A stretch of 64,000 nucleotides of DNA, taken from the NCBI GenBank assembly GCA_963759775.1, contig CAVXAH010000001.1, positions 400,682 to 464,681 of the forward strand, given 5' to 3'. The stretch is from an uncultured bacterium (lineage in GTDB: Bacteria > Patescibacteriota > Minisyncoccia > Phycocordibacterales > Phycocordibacteraceae). Below are positions 56,562 through 64,000 of this stretch, one piece after another. Position numbers and translations under genes: made by a program. Below the pieces are notes generated by a model. It had not been told where the DNA came from, did no database searches, and worked only from the letters and a program-made list of their open reading frames with translations. Position 1 is the first letter of the stretch, and each line of letters begins with the position of its first letter.

Positions 56562-57002
56562 ATGAAGCATATTCGTTCCCGTGGTTTCACCCTTATTGAG
56601 CTCCTCGTCGTGATCGCCATCATCGGCATCCTCTCGGCAGTCGTGCTCGCATCTCTTAACACAGCACGTAGCAAGGGAAATGATGCTGCAGTTAAAGCGA
56701 ACCTTTCTACAGTGATTACACAATCAGCAATCTATTACGACACCAACAATAACTACGGAACCGCAGCAGCAACAAGTTGTACTGCCCCTGCGGGCGCTAT
56801 ATTTGCTGCTGATTCACAAATCGCTGCTGCAATTGCTGCGGCTGAAGCGGCAAATGGTACTACGAATAGCCTCACCTGTTTGCAAAGCGCAGCTGGCGGC
56901 GCATGGGCCGTATCGAGTCCGCTTCTTTCGGGCGGTTTCTTCTGCATAGACTCAACCGGAAAAAAGGGAACTGCGACTGCAGCGGCTAATGCTTGTCCAT
57001 AA
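56562..57002 (+). CDS. pilA: type IV major pilin (prepilin with N-terminal methylation motif)
   Basis: MKHIRSRG/FTLIELLVVIAIIGILSAVVL cleavage and methylation motif; C-terminal Cys pair; TACAAT 25 nt upstream. Confidence 0.9.
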   Translation: MKHIRSRGFTLIELLVVIAIIGILSAVVLASLNTARSKGNDAAVKANLSTVITQSAIYYDTNNNYGTAAATSCTAPAGAIFAADSQIAAAIAAAEAANGTTNSLTCLQSAAGGAWAVSSPLLSGGFFCIDSTGKKGTATAAANACP

Positions 57003-57025
57003 AGCACGTTGAGAATTTCCGTGTA

Positions 57026-57055
57026 GAAAACCCGGTTTCGTCCGGGTTTTCTTGT
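57026..57055 (+). terminator. rho-independent terminator after the pilin gene
   Basis: GAAAACCCGG-TTTCGT-CCGGGTTTTC; TATAAT at 57055-57060 follows. Confidence 0.8.
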
Positions 57056-57104
57056 ATAATTGAAGAATTGCCTCCACCCTGCTACAAGGTAGTTGACTAA
57101 GAAC

Positions 57105-57887
57105 ATGGATTTACTTTTCGCTACATTCTTTTTTGCGCTCGGTGCGATTGTTGCGAGTTTCGTAGGAGTATTGGTTGAGCGCCTCAATACAGGTCACGGC
57201 ATTGTGCGCGGACGCTCGCGTTGTGATGCGTGCGGAGAGGAATTGCAGGCGCGTGATCTCGTCCCCCTTCTTTCTTTTTGTATTTGTCTTGGATGGTCGC
57301 GCTGTTGTCGTACGCGCGTTTCACCGCGCTCAACCATTTTGGAACTTCTTCTCGGCACGCTCTATGTGCTCGCATACATGAAGCTCGGCTTCACACCCGC
57401 ACTTCTCCCATTTCTCATTTCTCTTGCCGCGCTCGCGGCACTCGTTCTCTACGACCTCCGCCACACAATCCTTCCCCCGCAATTTCTTGCGGTATTTCTC
57501 CTCGGAAACCTCGGCTTCGCACTCTCAAGTGGAGAGGGAAGAGAAATGTTTTTGGAGACTATCCTTGTTGCGCTCGGTATAGCGCTCTTTTTTGCAGTTA
57601 TTCATTTCGCATCTTCCGGGCGGGCAATGGGACTTTCTGATGCGCCCCTTGCCTTCGGTCTTGGTCTTCTTGTCGCGCCCCACGCGCTTTCAGGGTTTGT
57701 GTTCTCTTTCTGGATTGGAGCGCTTGTTGGGATAACTTTGCTGGTACGAGCTCCTAAAGGAGCTAGAATGGGCATTGAGGTACCGTTCGCCCCTTTTCTC
57801 GCGTGCGGTTTCCTCCTTGCCTATTTCACATCATGGGACCCTTTTGTAATCGTAGGTCAAATCATGACGCTTCTGTTTGGCGTGTGA
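57105..57887 (+). CDS. pilD: prepilin peptidase (A24 family)
   Basis: ...SRCDACGEELQARDLVPLLSF...; multiple TM helices; ...GRAMGLSDAPLAFGLG... Confidence 0.88.
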   Translation: MDLLFATFFFALGAIVASFVGVLVERLNTGHGIVRGRSRCDACGEELQARDLVPLLSFCICLGWSRCCRTRVSPRSTILELLLGTLYVLAYMKLGFTPALLPFLISLAALAALVLYDLRHTILPPQFLAVFLLGNLGFALSSGEGREMFLETILVALGIALFFAVIHFASSGRAMGLSDAPLAFGLGLLVAPHALSGFVFSFWIGALVGITLLVRAPKGARMGIEVPFAPFLACGFLLAYFTSWDPFVIVGQIMTLLFGV

Positions 57888-58576
57888 TGCGAGGATTCAC
57901 CTTGGTTGAACTCCTCGTTGTGCTCGCCATTATTGTCACCATCACAGGCGTTCTCTTCACCAGCCGTTCGGATTTTAATAACACGATTATTCTTTCAAAT
58001 ACGGCATACGATATTGCGCTCACTATCCGCAATATGCAGAACTACGGTATTGGAAGTCGGACAGTCGGAGCCGTAAAGAATGTCGGCTACGGAGTACGTT
58101 TTGCAAGTAGCGTAGCAGACCCAAGTTTAAAGACATTTTTCGTGACCTTTGCCGATATTTATCCGACGCCCTCAACCGACCCTATTACTCGGTGCCACCC
58201 CGTACCAGTCGGTGAGGACGAGACTGCACCAAACGCTCGTCCGGGCAATTGCGTGTACGACGCAAGTCAATCTGAACTCGTGCAGACATTTGCTCTTGGG
58301 AACGGAATAACCATCGGAAATTTCTGTGCAAAAGCGGGCGTATGGACTTGTGCGAATGCGTACCCACCAAATCTAGTAGGACTCCAGTCACTTGATATTA
58401 CGTTCGTCCGCCCGAACGCGGAAATGACCATGATGACCAACGGAATTTATTCCGCAGTTCCTCCGGTTACGGAAGCGTGTATATTTCTCGCTTCGCAAAA
58501 CGGTGGGTACCGATACATCTCAATTAACCAGGCGGGTCTTGTGCGCCCGCTTGTCACTCCTTGCCCCGGTTTATGA
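57887..58576 (+). CDS. minor pilin / pseudopilin
   Basis: MRG/FTLVELLVVLAIIVTITGVLF prepilin motif. TGATG overlap with pilD. Confidence 0.8.
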   Translation: MRGFTLVELLVVLAIIVTITGVLFTSRSDFNNTIILSNTAYDIALTIRNMQNYGIGSRTVGAVKNVGYGVRFASSVADPSLKTFFVTFADIYPTPSTDPITRCHPVPVGEDETAPNARPGNCVYDASQSELVQTFALGNGITIGNFCAKAGVWTCANAYPPNLVGLQSLDITFVRPNAEMTMMTNGIYSAVPPVTEACIFLASQNGGYRYISINQAGLVRPLVTPCPGL

Positions 58577-59109
58577 AATACCGAACCCGCCGCGCACCAC
58601 ACAGAGGGTACACACTCATTGAGCTTATCGTTTCTCTTGGAGTGTTCGGAGTTGTCGTGACACTCGCGGCAGGGGGGTATTTCATCGTTCTTAACGCTAT
58701 GCGGCACGCGCAGGCAAGCGCGGTCGCAATAGACAACTTCTCATTCGTTCTTGAAAAAATGACTCGTTCTATTCGCACCGGAAGCGACTACGATTCGTTT
58801 GTTACCACTTTTTCTTTTATAGACGCAAACGGTAATGACATCACATACAGTCTTCTTGAATCAGGCGGGCAGGGGGTGATACAAGAAACACGAGACAACG
58901 GGGTTACTTCGGTTACGAGCACCATTACGGATGCATCTATTGACGTAAACACACTCGCTTTTGACCTTGTGGGGAAGCTCGGGGGTCCCGGAGATGGCCA
59001 GCCACGCGTTACGATTTTCATTTCGGGGACAGTGTCAACGGGCCCCGGCGACCCACCTGCGCCGTTCACTATTCAAACGGGTGCTACCACACGCGCCATA
59101 GACCTATGA
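58573..59109 (+). CDS. minor pilin / pseudopilin
   Basis: ...HRG/YTLIELIVSLGVFGVVVTLAAGGY prepilin-like motif. ATGA overlap. Confidence 0.75.
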   Translation: MKYRTRRAPHRGYTLIELIVSLGVFGVVVTLAAGGYFIVLNAMRHAQASAVAIDNFSFVLEKMTRSIRTGSDYDSFVTTFSFIDANGNDITYSLLESGGQGVIQETRDNGVTSVTSTITDASIDVNTLAFDLVGKLGGPGDGQPRVTIFISGTVSTGPGDPPAPFTIQTGATTRAIDL

Positions 59110-59636
59110 AAAACCTCCAATCTCGGGGCTTCACACTTGTTGAGTCTTTGGTCGCCGTTACCATTATCACCGTAGCAATTGCGGCTCCTTTGACCGCTGC
59201 GAATAGCGCTCTTGTAGCCGCCTTTATTTCTCGCGATAAACTTACCGCCTCGTATCTTGCGCAAGAAGCACTTGAGTATGTACGTGCAGAGCGCGACAAT
59301 GCATTTTTGGTAAATCAAGCGACCGGGTGGAGCGTCTTTCTTGATGTTGTTTCGTCGTGTGACGCGGCGGCAGGAGACATGTGCCTCGTCGATCCCATAA
59401 GTGCAAATATCGAACAATGCACGACAGTCGTTGACTGTGCGGTTGTGAAAGATTCCTCCAGTCAGTATCGTCAGGGCGACCCTCCCGGCACTGAAACAGC
59501 GACCGTATTTACACGCACCGTTGAAGTTTCTATTGTTTCTTCGACGGAGGTAGAGGTCGTTGCAGAGGTTTTGTGGACGTACCATGGAACTCTCCACAAA
59601 GTGACGATCACCAACCACCTCACACAATGGCAATGA
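59106..59636 (+). CDS. minor pilin / pseudopilin
   Basis: MKNLQSRG/FTLVESLVAVTIITVAIAAPL prepilin motif. Confidence 0.8.
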   Translation: MKNLQSRGFTLVESLVAVTIITVAIAAPLTAANSALVAAFISRDKLTASYLAQEALEYVRAERDNAFLVNQATGWSVFLDVVSSCDAAAGDMCLVDPISANIEQCTTVVDCAVVKDSSSQYRQGDPPGTETATVFTRTVEVSIVSSTEVEVVAEVLWTYHGTLHKVTITNHLTQWQ

Positions 59637-60124
59637 AAACCAATCGCGGATTCGCACTGTTGATCGCCATCATCTTTATGTCGGTGATGCTTTCATTTTC
59701 ACTCTCGCTTTCCTCATTGGGGTACAAGCAAACCATTCTGGCATCCTCGGCAATTGATTCGCAGTATGCGTTTTATGTTGCAGACGCGGCACTAGAGTGT
59801 GTGCTCTATGCCGACCAACAACAAAACATTTTTGCGTATGATGCTTACGATCCGCTTAATCGGACAAAACCCATGAGTTGCGATGGTGGAACTCCAGTGA
59901 CCGTGAGTCAGCGCCTGTCCACACCAATTGCTACCCAACTTATCTCGGAAGCGACCTTTTCACTCGATGGTGGCGCGCATTGCGCGACGATTACCGTGTA
60001 CAAACCTAATCCAGCTCTTGGAGTAGGAACCACGTATCTTTTTTCAGAAGGTTATAACGTTCCTTGCGGATCTCTTTTGACGGCAACCCGCGTTTCAGCT
60101 CGAGGCTTAGAGGCTCATTATTAG
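59627..60124 (+). CDS. minor pilin (PilX/GspK-like N-terminus)
   Basis: MAMKTNRG/FALLIAIIFMSVMLSFSL. Start could be 59627 or 59633. Confidence 0.7.
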   Translation: MAMKTNRGFALLIAIIFMSVMLSFSLSLSSLGYKQTILASSAIDSQYAFYVADAALECVLYADQQQNIFAYDAYDPLNRTKPMSCDGGTPVTVSQRLSTPIATQLISEATFSLDGGAHCATITVYKPNPALGVGTTYLFSEGYNVPCGSLLTATRVSARGLEAHY

Positions 60125-60128
60125 CTAT

Positions 60129-60236
60129 CCCCTTACCACTTTTGGGGGTGTAGGGATACAAATCCGTTATTAATCGCGAGGTAACCTCGTTATTTTCCTG
60201 CAAAAAAATCGCTTACCCCCCAAAAGTGGTAAGGGG
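60129..60236. repeat. 108-bp unit bounded by a 20-bp perfect inverted repeat, directly after the pilus operon
   Basis: CCCCTTACCACTTTTGGGGG (60129-48) and CCCCCAAAAGTGGTAAGGGG (60217-36). Inner terminator-like hairpin CGAGG-TAA-CCTCG + TTATTTT. TAT on both flanks. Confidence 0.6.
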
Positions 60237-60246
60237 TATACTGTGC

Positions 60247-60384
60247 GGTATGCCACGTGGGACAACATGGCATCATGTCCCTGCTCCCAGCGCGACTAAA
60301 AAATAATCGTTATACAATCATTTACATGTGGGAAACGATTGAAACGTGTGACATGAGGAGCAATGCCATGTTGTACCCCAGGGT

Positions 60385-60387
<3 letters not shown>
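60247..60387 (+). mobile_element. 129-bp imperfect-TIR element (family 2) flanked by GGTATG direct repeats, sitting on the ligA start codon
   Basis: TATACT (60237-42)-7 nt-ATG(60250) | CCACGTGGGACAACATGGCAT ... ATGCCATGTTGTACCCCAG | GGTATG (ligA ATG 60385). Internal TACAAT at 60313-60318. Confidence 0.5.
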
Positions 60388-62407
<2,020 letters not shown>

Positions 62408-62526
62408 CCTGCCACGTAGCAAACGCACAGGGTTTTTAAAATCACACTCGTTGAGTGTGCAGCAAACCGTAAAGAGCGAGAATATACGCAGTCGAATACG
62501 TTTTGGTACTGTGATAGAGTAGTCGC

Positions 62527-62818
62527 ATGACAACGCCTGAAGAGGTACAGAAGCTGCGGCGCTCGCGCGCGTCAGCGTCGGAAAGGAGGAATTGCCGAAA
62601 TTTACGAAGGAATTTGACGCTATTTTGGCATATGTCGGACAGCTTGAGTCACTCACCCTCCCGAAGATCTAAAGGATGAAAAGCCGCCGTTTGAGGAATG
62701 TGTTTCGACCTGATGAAAAGCCGACTCCGGCGGGCACATGGACAAAGAAGATACGCGAGGCGTTTCGGATCGCGAAGGGGATTCTTTGGTCGTGAAGCAA
62801 ATCATTACGCATGAGTAA
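62527..62818 (+). pseudogene. gatC: Asp/Glu-tRNA amidotransferase subunit C, about 4 indels
   Basis: Frame hopping gives MTTPEEVQKL / AALARVSVGKEELPKFTKEFDAILAYVGQLESLTLP / DLKDEKPPF / NVFRPDEKPTPAG... / [17 protein letters not shown]. Overlaps the gatA start (ATGAGTAA). Confidence 0.8.
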
Positions 62819-64000
62819 GAAATTAAACGAGCTCTCAATTACCGATGCCGCTCGCGCGCTTCGCGCGCGGGAAATTTCCGTTCGAGAGCTATTTGACGCG
62901 TGTCGCAAGGAAGCAGAGGCACAAAATAAGGAATTAAACGCGTATCTTGAAATCTTTCCGCCGGATGACGCGGCGATCGAGGCGGCACAAAAACGCATAG
63001 ACACTGAAGGCGATACCGCTCCACCTTTGTGCGGCATCCCGCTTGCTATGAAAGACAACATTTTGATTGAGGGAAAAATCGCAAGCGCGGCATCAAAAAT
63101 GCTTGGAAACTACCGTGCACCCTACGATGCAACCGTTACTAAAAAACTGAAAGACGCAGGCGCGCTGTTTCTTGGGCGTACCAACATGGACGAGTTTGCG
63201 ATGGGGAGCTCAACTGAGCATTCGGCCTTTGGTGCGACAAAAAATCCTCATGACCTTACGCGCGTCCCAGGCGGCTCGTCTGGCGGCTCTGCGGCGGCTG
63301 TTGCTTCAGGGAGCGCTATTGCGGCGCTTGGCTCGGACACAGGTGGGTCCATTCGTCAGCCAGCCGCCCACACGGGACTCGTAGGCCTCAAGCCCACCTA
63401 CGGTGCGGTTTCGCGCTACGGACTTATTGCCATGGGTTCATCGCTTGACCAAATTGGTCCTCTCACACAAAACAGTGGAGGACGCTCGAAATTGTTTTCG
63501 AGCGATTCGCGGAAGAGATGCGCATGGATTCAACGACGCATTCCCGAAGATCTGTATGATGCCGCGAAGACTCGCAAATACACTCCGCATCGGGGTACCA
63601 CGCCACCTTCTTGAGAAGGGAATTGATGCCGACGTCTCAGCTGCGTTTGAAGAAGTGCTGAGGGAACTTGAATGCGGCCGGGGTCACGACGATCGTTGAT
63701 ATTGCACTTCCCGCAAGCGAGTACGCGCTTGCCGCGTACTACGTCGTGATGCCTGCGGAAGTTTCGACAAACCTCGCGCGTCTTGATGGCATACGCTACG
63801 GCCACGCCGCGCGCGGAAAAACACTTCCTTGATGACTATGTTCTGTCGCGCACCGAAGGTTTTGGCGAAGAAACACGTCGCCGCATCCTGCTCGGCACAT
63901 TTGTTCTTTCGGCGGGCTATATTGATGCGTATTACCGCAAAGCAGACGCCACACGCACACTTCTTCGCGGAGAATATACCGCCGCATTTACACAAGCAGA
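62811..64000 (+). pseudogene. gatA: Asp/Glu-tRNA amidotransferase subunit A (amidase family), 3' end beyond the window; several indels after ~63470
   Basis: ...[11 protein letters not shown]...[20 protein letters not shown]...[14 protein letters not shown]...[13 protein letters not shown], amidase signature. Later segments TVEDAR..., [18 protein letters not shown]..., [28 protein letters not shown]... lie in other frames. Confidence 0.9.

Overview
This window looks like chromosome from a small-genome, Candidate-Phyla-Radiation-type (Parcubacteria-like) bacterium using the standard genetic code. That placement is an inference from gene content; no rRNA is present to confirm it.

Gene content in order:
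- 3' part of pcrA, then rsmA.
- A four-gene envelope cluster of unknown function (2829-8477).
- The str/S10/spc ribosomal-protein region, rpsL to map (8.6-26.8 kb). It has no L30 gene and stops at map.
- ndk, two beta-CASP nucleases (one is RNase J), and rplT-rpmI-infC.
- A secreted PLD-family nuclease with an OB-fold tail.
- An oxidative-damage neighbourhood: msrA, msrB, VKOR, bcp, nth and a mutY-like gene.
- An orphan solute-binding protein, secG, groESL and tRNA-Ser(GCU).
- comF plus a complete type IV pilus locus: pilM/N/O-like genes, pilB, a REC-only regulator, pilT, pilC, pilin, pilD and four minor pilins.
- ligA and gatC/gatA.

Most interesting observations, all read directly from the sequence:
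1. Small terminal-inverted-repeat elements sit exactly on start codons, each flanked by a short direct repeat that contains the ATG. Two diverged copies of one family lie at pilB and at the PLD nuclease gene. An unrelated element lies at ligA.
2. A recurrent -10 box + 6 nt + ATG layout with no Shine-Dalgarno sequence implies widespread leaderless mRNAs.
3. The normally continuous ribosomal-protein operon is cut into units by terminator and promoter modules. A DUF805 gene sits between fusA and tuf, and a candidate small RNA sits between rpsJ and rplC.
4. Other candidates are a ~170-nt structured RNA at 28.1 kb, a REP-like repeat family after ndk and pilC, and other long inverted repeats.

Major caveat: about four dozen single-base indels (hand count) cluster in patches in fusA, tuf, rpsJ, rplN, rplE, rplR/rpsE, ligA, gatC and gatA. 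I interpret them as local consensus or assembly errors, not biology. No CRISPR array, rRNA gene or transposase gene was seen.
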